Source of the DNA: Candidatus Hydrogenedentota bacterium
GTDB lineage: Bacteria; Hydrogenedentota; Hydrogenedentia; Hydrogenedentales; SLHB01
DNA: 18,339 bases
NCBI GenBank assembly: GCA_034408725.1
Contig: JAWXCN010000239.1
Coordinates: forward strand, 1-18,339
Direction of reading: 5' to 3'
Shown: in pieces, positions 1 through 7,123 of the stretch
Layout: every line of letters begins with the position of its first letter
Numbering within the stretch: the first letter of the stretch is position 1
Notes under the pieces: model-generated
Told to the model about the DNA's origin: nothing
Databases searched by the model: none
What the model saw: the letters and a program-made list of their open reading frames with translations, nothing else
Program-made: the position numbers and the translations under genes

Positions 1-3
1 CAA

Positions 4-254
4 ATTTATTGTGGCATTCGGCTATCCGAAGTGAAAGCGGCGCTGACACGCCGCAGTCCAAGGCGCTGCGCGCGGCCAATCCACGTCTAAAATCCGCGCG
101 GATCGCCTTGGACTGCGGTAGCGGATAGCTACCGCTTTCCATTTCCTGGGCAAAATCGCTTCACAATTAAACGCGATTGGCCAGGTTTCGTTCACGTGAA
201 TCTGAAGTCTGCGTATTTATTGACGCATTCGATTATCCGAAGTGAGGGCGGCGC
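4..254 (+). repeat. 40-bp imperfect direct repeat with 211-bp period (4-43 and 215-254)
   Basis: atttattgtggcattcggctatccgaagtgaaagcggcgc versus atttattgacgcattcgattatccgaagtgagggcggcgc, 34/40 identical by manual alignment. Confidence 0.85.
33..139. repeat. REPIN-like element: two inverted REP-like palindromic units
   Basis: ccgcagtccaaggcg (51-65) and cgccttggactgcgg (104-118) form a perfect 15-bp inverted repeat. gaaagcgg (33-40) pairs with ccgctttc (132-139). Each arm has its own internal hairpin: gcggcg-ctgaca-cgccgc and gcggtagc-ggata-gctaccgc. Confidence 0.8.
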
Positions 255-428
255 CCACGAATACCGGCGCCTGAAAGGACGCGCACGTCCCGGACAGAGC
301 AACTAGCATCACGCCAACAACGAGCAGTACCGTATCCCGCCGGCCGCGAGTAAATAATTTGTACACTTCCCCGTATAGAACCTTAACTATTGACCAATCT
401 CGTAAGCGCCGCCGGAACTCCGGCGCCG

Positions 429-1262
429 TCAGACCGTCTCTTCCTCACCATGTACATGCTGGTGCTGGTGCCGCTTCCCCTTCTTAATCAAGCCCGGCAG
501 GACCGAACCCCCAAGACCCGGAAACATCGCAGAGATACGCGACAGCCACGCCCGGTTCCACGGCACCGCCACCTCGAGTTCCTTCCTCTGTAGCACGCGC
601 GTCATAATCACATCACCAATCTCATCGAGACTCAGTAGCCGCGGACCCGAAAACACCATCGCGCCCGCATCCGTCTGCGCCGACTGCTCGACCAACGGTG
701 TTTTAATCGCGTCAGGACAAACGACAGTCGCCTGTACGCCGTAGCGCTTAAGTTCATTCGCAATTGCCAGCGTGAATCCGCGCACGCCGTGCTTGGACGC
801 AACGTACGCCGCGATGCCCGGTATCGGGGCGATGCCCGCAAGCGACGCAATATTAACGATGTGGCCCCGCTTGTTCGCGATCATGTGTCGCGCCGCGACC
901 TGTGTCCCCCAGATGACGCCTTTCAGATTGATGTCGATCTGCAAATCCACTTCGTTCGCGGGCTGTTCCTGAATCCAGCCCGAGATCATCACACCGGCGA
1001 CGTTCATGCACACATCAATCGCGCCAAACGCCTCGACCGCCCGCGCGAAAGTTTCTTCCCATGCCTCGATCTTCCGCACATCAAGCGTATCGATTTTGAC
1101 GCGGTCCGCCGGCCAGCCTTGCTCACTCGCATGACGCGCCATCGCGTCGTAATTCACGTCTGTCGCATACACCCGCGCGCCTTTCGCAATCAGGCGGTCC
1201 GCGACGTGCCGCGCAATCCCGCTCGCGCACCCCGTGATGAAATACGTATCGCCCGCGCTCAT
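429..1262 (-). CDS. Short-chain dehydrogenase/reductase (SDR)
   Basis: TGCASGIA Rossmann motif, NVAG, NIASLAG and catalytic YVASK. Start overlaps the upstream gene's stop (ATGA), indicating translational coupling. Confidence 0.93.
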   Translation of the reverse strand: MSAGDTYFITGCASGIARHVADRLIAKGARVYATDVNYDAMARHASEQGWPADRVKIDTLDVRKIEAWEETFARAVEAFGAIDVCMNVAGVMISGWIQEQPANEVDLQIDINLKGVIWGTQVAARHMIANKRGHIVNIASLAGIAPIPGIAAYVASKHGVRGFTLAIANELKRYGVQATVVCPDAIKTPLVEQSAQTDAGAMVFSGPRLLSLDEIGDVIMTRVLQRKELEVAVPWNRAWLSRISAMFPGLGGSVLPGLIKKGKRHQHQHVHGEEETV

Positions 1263-2347
1263 GATGTTGCCCTCTGGGGTGCGCCGAACGTTACCGGCCC
1301 GAAGCTGAATGTTGGCGTGATGCCCGGAAACATCCAGTACGGCGTCAGTTCGGACGAGTTGACCACATTGTAAAAATCAGGGTTGCGCGACGACTTCCCC
1401 GCGATCTCCCGCTCCTGAATCATTGAAATATATTGGTCCAATCCCCGCTCCAACGTGTTGCTATTCAGAATAACGTCGATACCCGTTGATTCAGCATATT
1501 TTCTCAGCCCCGGAATGCGCGAATTCCGCGGCGCATACGAATCCGGACCAACGCCATTCTCGCTCGTCACAAACAATTCCTCCGGCACGTGTACGACGAT
1601 CGAGTGATTGCCTTCCGTGTGCCCAGGCGTTTGCACCAGCGCAACACCCCTCCCCAGCATGACATCCCCATCGAGCAATACAATTTTTTCTTCCGCCACC
1701 CCCGCGACGCCATCGGGGCAGTACCACAGCTTCTGCGGCGGCAGCAGCGCCTTGGTCGATTCCCACTCCTGACGCATCACCAGCAACTTCGCGTTAGGAA
1801 AATATGCAAGCATCTCCCCCGCGCCAAACCACCGGCGAATGTCCTGCGTGTGCAGGTGATCATACGTGATGTAATCAACCTGCTCCGGCCTGATTCCCGC
1901 CTGCGCAAGCCACGTCTCCACGGTCCCAAGTTCCGGCGCCATAAGCGGCTCCAACCGGCCGCGCAACGCGCCAAAATTCTGGCTCAGGTTCTTGAAGAAC
2001 GGCGTCTCCGAATTCCGCCGGTAATCCGACGGCGACACCAGCAGCGTCTTCAACCCCGAATCGCTCCAGAACTGCACCACGAACATCCGGTTCAGAATAT
2101 GGATATAAGGAATCGGGACGGAGCAGGCATCCTTCAGCGCGTACCGCCTCGGATACGGCACGCGAACAAGGTCAAAAGACTGGTAATACGGCGCCGGATC
2201 GCCCGCCAGCATCTCCTCGCGGAAAGGTGCGCAGGCCTCGACAATCGCGTTGAGCCGGTCCTGCGGCGCGGCATGCGCCCGCGCGCCATCAAAATGCGAG
2301 CATGGCTGGATAACTGGGTCGTCGTAAACCGGCAAAACAACGGCCAT
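1259..2347 (-). CDS. Metallo-beta-lactamase-fold hydrolase-like protein
   Basis: VDYITYDHLHTQD (HxHxDH-like), LVQTPGHTEGNHS and GIRPEQVD motifs. GGGAG RBS at 2356-2360 on the - strand. Confidence 0.85.
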   Translation of the reverse strand: MAVVLPVYDDPVIQPCSHFDGARAHAAPQDRLNAIVEACAPFREEMLAGDPAPYYQSFDLVRVPYPRRYALKDACSVPIPYIHILNRMFVVQFWSDSGLKTLLVSPSDYRRNSETPFFKNLSQNFGALRGRLEPLMAPELGTVETWLAQAGIRPEQVDYITYDHLHTQDIRRWFGAGEMLAYFPNAKLLVMRQEWESTKALLPPQKLWYCPDGVAGVAEEKIVLLDGDVMLGRGVALVQTPGHTEGNHSIVVHVPEELFVTSENGVGPDSYAPRNSRIPGLRKYAESTGIDVILNSNTLERGLDQYISMIQEREIAGKSSRNPDFYNVVNSSELTPYWMFPGITPTFSFGPVTFGAPQRATS

Positions 2348-2368
2348 CAGGGAGTCTCCCTACCGGTA

Positions 2369-2396
2369 ATTATACGCATCCTACCTCCATTCGCAA
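2369..2396 (-). promoter_or_regulatory. Putative sigma70 promoter for the MBL-SDR operon
   Basis: - strand TTGCGA (2396-2391), 16 nt spacer, perfect TATAAT (2374-2369), just upstream of the RBS. Confidence 0.6.
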
Positions 2397-2413
2397 AAAG
2401 TTGGTCAACTTTG

Positions 2414-2442
2414 GTGACAGAACCCCGCCCAAGTGGTACTCT
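2414..2442 (+). promoter_or_regulatory. Putative sigma70 promoter with extended -10 for the micro-lipoprotein triplet
   Basis: GTGACA (2414-2419), 17 nt spacer, TACTCT (2437-2442) preceded by TG-n. Confidence 0.55.
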
Positions 2443-2497
2443 GTTGCACAACTTCCGTTCCGTGGGTGTGTGGTCGATATAATCAAGGAGACATGCA

Positions 2498-2617
2498 ATG
2501 AAAAAGTTTGTGCCGATCGCGTTGTTGCTGGCCCTAACCGTCCTGTTCTCGACCGGGTGCCCGCGCAGAGTGCCCCTGCTAACAAGCACTATCGCGCCCA
2601 TCGCGGACACGAAATAG
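2498..2617 (+). CDS. Small lipoprotein 1 (39 aa): MKKFVPIALLLALTVLFSTG-CPRRVPLLTSTIAPIADTK
   Basis: Manual translation. AAGGAG RBS at 2485-2490, basic N-region, hydrophobic H-region and lipobox-like FSTG|C with Cys21. Paralogous to the next two ORFs. Confidence 0.9.
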   Translation: MKKFVPIALLLALTVLFSTGCPRRVPLLTSTIAPIADTK

Positions 2618-2693
2618 ACCAAAGCACGCTTATTGAATGCTCTCGCCTGCATCGTGTGCCGGCGAGGAACTACCAAACAAGGGGATACATTGT

Positions 2694-2810
2694 ATGAAGC
2701 AGTTAGTCGCAATCGTAGCATTGTTGGCGGTCACGGTGCTCTTCTCGACAGGGTGCCCGCGCACCACCGTTTTGTCGAAATCAGCCGCCCCGGTCGCGGA
2801 ATCCAAGTAA
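2694..2810 (+). CDS. Small lipoprotein 2 (38 aa): MKQLVAIVALLAVTVLFSTG-CPRTTVLSKSAAPVAESK
   Basis: Manual translation. AAGGGGA RBS at 2679-2685. Shares TVLFSTGCPR with ORF1 but with synonymous codon differences (ACC GTC CTG / ACG GTG CTC), and has Cys21. Confidence 0.9.
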   Translation: MKQLVAIVALLAVTVLFSTGCPRTTVLSKSAAPVAESK

Positions 2811-2880
2811 TTCAGAAGGGTCCGCTCCAAGGCGGGTGTGCGTTGCACGCGCCTGTAAAGCGGTTTGAGGAGACAACTAA

Positions 2881-2997
2881 ATGAAACGGTTTGCAGCATT
2901 GATGGTGTTGTTGGTCGCGGTTGCGGCAGTGTCCATGGGATGCCCGCGCGTAGAACGCGTAGCAATCTCAAGCCCGGCAACCTCCGCCGCGAAGTAA
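2881..2997 (+). CDS. Small lipoprotein 3 (38 aa): MKRFAALMVLLVAVAAVSMG-CPRVERVAISSPATSAAK
   Basis: Manual translation. GAGGAG RBS at 2867-2872, signal peptide with VSMG|C at Cys21, conserved GCPR and C-terminal Lys. Confidence 0.9.
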   Translation: MKRFAALMVLLVAVAAVSMGCPRVERVAISSPATSAAK

Positions 2998-3013
2998 ATA
3001 ACACAAATTACGC

Positions 3014-3052
3014 AAAAGGCGCGGGCGAATCGGTCGCCCGCGTCTTTTTTTT
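3014..3052 (+). terminator. Rho-independent terminator, possibly bidirectional
   Basis: aaaa-ggcgcgggcga-atcgg-tcgcccgcgtc-tttttttt, 16 nt after the stop of lipoprotein 3. Confidence 0.9.
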
Positions 3053-3088
3053 ATTCTAAACCATTCAGGTCCGCGCAATGCTGGAGCT

Positions 3089-3247
3089 GTCGGCGTAGGT
3101 CGTGGACTTAGTGGACGAAGTGGACTCAATGGACGGGATGGATCCGATGGACGATAGATCGCTGCGCCACGCATGATAGGGATCGACGATCTTCGCGACG
3201 TCTTCCGTGGTGAGTTCGCGGTGGACCCGCTCAATGAGCGTTCCCAA
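3089..3247 (-). pseudogene. hsdM: Internal fragment of a type I restriction-modification methyltransferase (HsdM) C-terminal region
   Basis: [30 protein letters not shown]...TYAD resembles the HsdM segment (K)LG.(L/M)(I/V)DR..RELT.EDIAKIADTYHAWR....Y.D, recalled from knowledge of the family. There are no catalytic motifs, and similarity is lost after YAD. Confidence 0.8.
3102..3155. repeat. Six tandem 9-bp repeats RTGGAYnnn
   Basis: gtggactta gtggacgaa gtggactca atggacggg atggatccg atggacgat. Confidence 0.9.
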
Positions 3248-3267
3248 ATGAAAATTTCGGGAACGAG
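3239..3267. repeat. REP-like palindrome or hairpin
   Basis: cgttccc-aaat-gaaa-attt-c-gggaacg(ag), about 14 nt downstream of the ceramidase-family gene's stop. Confidence 0.6.
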
Positions 3268-3279
3268 GAGTATGAATCG

Positions 3280-4731
3280 TTACGTGGTTTTCGCATCCAC
3301 CACTTGAAAATCTTCGGGAGTGCAGAAGTCTTTGAGACGATTCGTGAGTTTGCCGATTTCGATTTGGGATTCGAGCACGAGCTTCTCACCGGCGGCGAGG
3401 CCTACGTAGGTTGCGGCGCCGCCGCCGTATCCGCCGGCGGCGGCATTGAGGACGGTTGGGAAGTAGAGGTGGAAGTCGTTGGAGTAGCCGACGAGGAGCG
3501 CGCGGCGATGATTGAATAATTTGCGGATTGGGGCCATCATCGGCACGGTGAAGGAGGGAGTGATATTGGTTTCGGGCCATAGTGGCGCATGCGCTTTCAG
3601 GTCAAGCTGGTGTTGGGTGAAGAGTTCGCCGGGGACGAATGCGAGCGCGAGTTCGCCGTTGATGAGCAGGACTGAGAGCGGTACCGCGAGGTCCGGTTTG
3701 AGGTCGGCGAGATATCGATCAAACAGGCCACCGTAGACGCCGCGGAACACTTCTTGTTGTTTTGGATCGGTGAAGTCCCAGCGGGTGCCAACTTCGACGT
3801 GTTTTTCGGATAGCGCGAGGCTGGGGTTTTCGGGCGCGGCGGTTTGGATTTGAGGCAGCAGAGCGAGGACGGCGTCCGCGCATTCCTTGCCGGTGGCGCG
3901 CATGGATTCGACGCCGCCCTGATCGCGGGGCGTTTTGTCGAGGTAGGGGTTGATGTCGCCGCAGCCACCCTGGAGGAACAGGCATTCGGCGCCGGATTTT
4001 TCTTTGACGATGCGGCACATTTCGCCGACGTAGTCGGCGCTGTATTCGAGGTTGTCGCCGGCGAGCACGACGGGGTGGCACGCGAAGTGAACGAGGATCG
4101 CGAGCTGTTTACCGTCTGTTGCATCCAGTTTTACAATCGTTGCTTCATAATCGACAGGGTTCGTCGGGCGTTTGTTTTCGTTACGCCACAACATTTCGCA
4201 GGAACCGTCGGGCATGATGAGCCGTCGGTTGTGCGAGATGTCGAACAGGGTCGAGCCTATCCCTATGTTGACGGGCTGGAGTTTGCCCGCGGCTTCGCTG
4301 ATCGATTCCGCCAGTTTTTCCGCGATGGCTAGCACGTGTGGTGCGTCGTCCAATTCCATGATCGGGCCGCCGTGCGTGTGGGATGCGGTGAAGATGCAGT
4401 GCGTCACGCCGGCGGCTTTTGCCTTTTCGCGAATTTTATCGAGCACGGCGGGTCGCGGAGTCCGGCCGAGGTCCATTGTGACGATGGCGATGCTCGTGTC
4501 ACCGGTCCTAAAAACTACGGTGCGCGCATGCAGGGGATCGAGTGTGCCGGTTGACGGCCCTTTTCTGTCGCTGTATCCCCACATGGGCACGCCGGGCGCG
4601 GGGGTAATGTCCCGGATCGCGACGCCTGCCATCATCCCGGAATGCCGCACTGTTTCCCCTCCTACATTTGTGGTAGCCGTTGCCGCGGCGATCGCGGACG
4701 CCGCAATGAATTCCCTGCGCGTAATGTGCAT
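3280..4731 (-). CDS. Tat-exported neutral/alkaline ceramidase N-terminal-domain family hydrolase
   Basis: Twin-arginine signal ITRREFI plus a hydrophobic stretch. Motifs [39 protein letters not shown] and GYSND. GGAGG RBS. Confidence 0.88.
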   Translation of the reverse strand: MHITRREFIAASAIAAATATTNVGGETVRHSGMMAGVAIRDITPAPGVPMWGYSDRKGPSTGTLDPLHARTVVFRTGDTSIAIVTMDLGRTPRPAVLDKIREKAKAAGVTHCIFTASHTHGGPIMELDDAPHVLAIAEKLAESISEAAGKLQPVNIGIGSTLFDISHNRRLIMPDGSCEMLWRNENKRPTNPVDYEATIVKLDATDGKQLAILVHFACHPVVLAGDNLEYSADYVGEMCRIVKEKSGAECLFLQGGCGDINPYLDKTPRDQGGVESMRATGKECADAVLALLPQIQTAAPENPSLALSEKHVEVGTRWDFTDPKQQEVFRGVYGGLFDRYLADLKPDLAVPLSVLLINGELALAFVPGELFTQHQLDLKAHAPLWPETNITPSFTVPMMAPIRKLFNHRRALLVGYSNDFHLYFPTVLNAAAGGYGGGAATYVGLAAGEKLVLESQIEIGKLTNRLKDFCTPEDFQVVDAKTT

Positions 4732-4753
4732 TTATCCCTCCGTTTTATTGGTC

Positions 4754-5170
4754 TCAAGGGACGGGGACGTTGGTGCGTTCCCATTCGAGAAATGCGTCCA
4801 GCTCCGTCCGTACCTGGCGAAACACGGCGGCGAGAATCGCGGCGTCGTCAATGAATCCGCCGAACAGAAAGTCCGGGAGTGCGTCGAACGGCATGATAAA
4901 ATACAGAAGCGCGGCGGTGACGAGCGCGATGGTTTTCCAGGGCACCTTTGTGTACTGGCGGCGTGCGTATGACCGTAGCATGCGCGCGAACGTCTGGACG
5001 TGTCCCCAGGTATCGCCCAGGGCTTTGCGGTATTTTCGCGCGCGTTCCTGCGCGGAGGTGGCCAGCGCTTCCGCCTTGCCGCTGTCTCGGGCGATACGCT
5101 CGGCTTTGCGCACGGGAAGGTCCGGAAGTATCTCCGGCTTAATGGACGATGTAGCGTCTTTGTGGTTCAT
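4754..5170 (-). CDS. YkvA/DUF1232 family membrane protein (start revised to ATG 5170, MNHKD...)
   Basis: VPWKTIALVTAALLYFIMPFDALPDFLFGGFIDD matches the Y..xP.D.xPD...G.xDD signature. AAGGAG RBS at 5183-5178. Confidence 0.88.
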   Translation of the reverse strand: MNHKDATSSIKPEILPDLPVRKAERIARDSGKAEALATSAQERARKYRKALGDTWGHVQTFARMLRSYARRQYTKVPWKTIALVTAALLYFIMPFDALPDFLFGGFIDDAAILAAVFRQVRTELDAFLEWERTNVPVP

Positions 5171-5343
5171 GCCAAGGCTCCTTGTTGCAGCGTGTTCCAT
5201 CATACTCGATAACGTTTTCCGGCGTAGCCCTCGCCAGAATCTGTCGAATGGCGGGGCACAAACTGTTTGGCATGCGGCAAACGTGCTATGTTGTGTAGCG
5301 CACAAGTCGCCGTACACACTCGCTTTACGCCAAAGGTCATATT

Positions 5344-5359
5344 GGGCACAAGCATTGCT
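5344..5359 (+). promoter_or_regulatory. Putative sigma54 (-24/-12) promoter
   Basis: GGGCACAAGCATTGCT versus consensus TGGCACG-N4-TTGCW, with exact GG-N10-GC spacing (5345-46 and 5357-58). Confidence 0.55.
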
Positions 5360-5372
5360 CAACGATTATCCC

Positions 5373-6920
5373 ATGCAATTGTTCGCCATCATAATGTTTC
5401 TGGGGCAATCAAATCTGGCGCCGCCCGAATTCTTCGCGCCAAACGAAGAAGTGCGCGGCTATATTCTTGAAACAATCGGCGGGACGATAAACCATCCCGC
5501 GCTTGATGAACTCGCCGCCACCTACGATGCGGATCTCGCGCGAGTGCCACAGGAAACCGCACTGGAAGACCCGATGCTGTCGTTGGGGTATTTTCTCCGG
5601 TCGTCGGGTGGCGAGGGACGCTACTCGGTGATGCTGTCGCAGGATGTGCCGTGGTTTGGAACCCTGAAAACGCGCGGCAAAAAGGCGGAGGCGGAGGCGG
5701 AACTAACGTTCAACGCGTATCAGCTTGCACGGCTAGAACGCGTCGCGGAAATCAAAAAGGCGTATGCCGAGTATAGCTTTCTTGCCGAACGCACGCGGAT
5801 CGCGATGGAGCAGGTGGATGTGCTGACGTCGCTGAGTGATGTTGCACGATCGCGGTATTCGCTGGGCATCGGTGGGCAGGAAGACCTGTTGCGCATCGAG
5901 ATGGAGGAGGCAAAGCTCCAGGCGTCCTACGATTCTTATGCGCTTGAGAAGAACGCGATGGGCGGAAAACTCAACGAAGCTCTCGGACGCGAGGCCTCTC
6001 CGAATTTACCCTTCCCTCAACCAATGGAGTTGCCACCCCCACCGCCACCGGCGCCCGTCGTGTTGGCGCGTATTCGCATTGCGAATCCGGCGTTGAGCGG
6101 GATGGACGCGGGCATATCGGGTCGCGCGGAAGCAGTCACCCTCGCGCGAAAGAAAGGTTGGCCGGACTTTACGTTTGGCATCAGTTACACCGACATGAAG
6201 GACGTGCGAAACGAACCGCGGACGAGCGCCGTGCTCGATGCGCTCGATTCATCGCTGCGGATTGCCAATCCGCGCGTGCCGATGTTACCGGCGATTCCGC
6301 CGGGTGGGACTGTCATAGCGCGCGCGCGCGCCGCCGCATCCGCTGTATCGGCGGCGCAACGGGACGGCGTAGAAACCGCCTTGCAAGGCGCGATGGATTT
6401 GAACAGCTTTGTCGAACTCGAAAACATGCTCGACAATGAGAAGATGAAAGATGAGGTGATGGTATCCGTCAGCATGAACCTTCCGATATGGCGCAGCAAA
6501 GTGAAGGCTGGTGTGCGGGAAGCGGAGCACCGGAAGAAAGCAGCGGAACACGAAAAGCGGAAAACCACGATCACATTGGAAGGCGCTGCCAAGCTGGCAA
6601 TTTACGGAATCGAGGACGGCTATCGTCGGCTGCGGTTGTACGATGACAACTTGCTACCCAAGATAAAGCAGACGTATGAGACACTCGAAGGCGCGTATGC
6701 GTCGGGCGGCGCTGACGCGGGATTCTTGGACGTGCTTTCTACAGTGCAGACATTGTTGGAATTTGAGGAACAGCGCGCGCAGGCCTTTCGCGACATCCAG
6801 GTAGCAGCCGCCGAGCTCGAATACATCATGGGCGGTCCGTGGACGGCGGAGGAGTCGGCGCCGGTTCTGACGCCGCCGACGGCCGTTTCTGAATCATCGA
6901 AAAAAACTGCACCGGAGTAG
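5373..6920 (+). CDS. TolC/outer-membrane efflux protein, CzcC/CusC-like (start revised to ATG 5373)
   Basis: NHPAL, DPMLSLG, SQDVPWFGTL, ARSRYSLG...QEDLLR, ANPAL, WPDFTFG, SMNLPIW and AYASG...FLDVL OEP repeats. The upstream part of the 716-aa track ORF is antisense to the DUF1232 gene. Confidence 0.88.
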   Translation: MQLFAIIMFLGQSNLAPPEFFAPNEEVRGYILETIGGTINHPALDELAATYDADLARVPQETALEDPMLSLGYFLRSSGGEGRYSVMLSQDVPWFGTLKTRGKKAEAEAELTFNAYQLARLERVAEIKKAYAEYSFLAERTRIAMEQVDVLTSLSDVARSRYSLGIGGQEDLLRIEMEEAKLQASYDSYALEKNAMGGKLNEALGREASPNLPFPQPMELPPPPPPAPVVLARIRIANPALSGMDAGISGRAEAVTLARKKGWPDFTFGISYTDMKDVRNEPRTSAVLDALDSSLRIANPRVPMLPAIPPGGTVIARARAAASAVSAAQRDGVETALQGAMDLNSFVELENMLDNEKMKDEVMVSVSMNLPIWRSKVKAGVREAEHRKKAAEHEKRKTTITLEGAAKLAIYGIEDGYRRLRLYDDNLLPKIKQTYETLEGAYASGGADAGFLDVLSTVQTLLEFEEQRAQAFRDIQVAAAELEYIMGGPWTAEESAPVLTPPTAVSESSKKTAPE

Positions 6921-6940
6921 TGATAATTCACCAAAACGCA

Positions 6941-7123
6941 TCATTGATCGCCAGTGATATATGAATCAATGAATTCTTGTGGATTAAGTACGGGTAGTGA
7001 AGAAACCTCAAAACCTCTTGAGTCACGAGTAACAATCGTTTCACATTTCGCGGCTTCGGCAGTCGCAATGATTACTGCATCCTCGAAATCTTGCGTGGCA
7101 AGGCTACGCGCGCGCTTCAGAAG
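6941..7123 (-). pseudogene. C-terminal half of a PIN-domain (VapC-like) protein, no start codon
   Basis: Manual translation: LLKRARSLATQDFEDAVIIATAEAAKCETIVTRDSRGFEVSSLPVLNPQEFIDSYITGDQ*. DFEDA...IVTR(D/N)...F....PVL.P.EF is the typical PIN C-terminal pattern. The segment is more AT-rich than its flanks. Confidence 0.85.

Noticed and set aside
1589-2482. 297-aa + strand ORF and other long overlapping ORFs (e.g. 4172-4972, 14354-15070)
   Set aside because: These are Arg/Ser-rich antisense frames of well-supported genes, typical of high-GC DNA, and carry no motifs.
2478-2483. Perfect TATAAT as the -10 for lipoprotein 1
   Set aside because: It would start transcription within or after the AAGGAG RBS and has no good -35. 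The 2414-2442 promoter fits better.
2498-2997. CRISPR array or DNA repeat interpretation of the recurring ttctcgac.gggtgcccgcgc motif
   Set aside because: The spacing is about 190 bp, variation is codon-patterned, each copy lies in an RBS-led ORF, and there are no cas genes. These are paralogous coding sequences.
2498-2997. RiPP precursor cluster
   Set aside because: The leaders are hydrophobic Sec/SPII signals, and no recognisable RiPP maturase, RRE protein or peptidase-transporter is in the window.
2347-3059. Track ORFs 2347-2721(-), 2401-2697(+), 2630-3004(-), 2633-2884(+) and 2865-3059(+)
   Set aside because: These are shadow frames of the three micro-lipoprotein genes. Their internal repeats (RGHPVE) are the antisense of STGCPR.
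4770-5372. N-terminal 201 aa of the 716-aa TolC ORF
   Set aside because: It is antisense to the DUF1232 gene and the intergenic region. OEP-like sequence starts only after ATG 5373.
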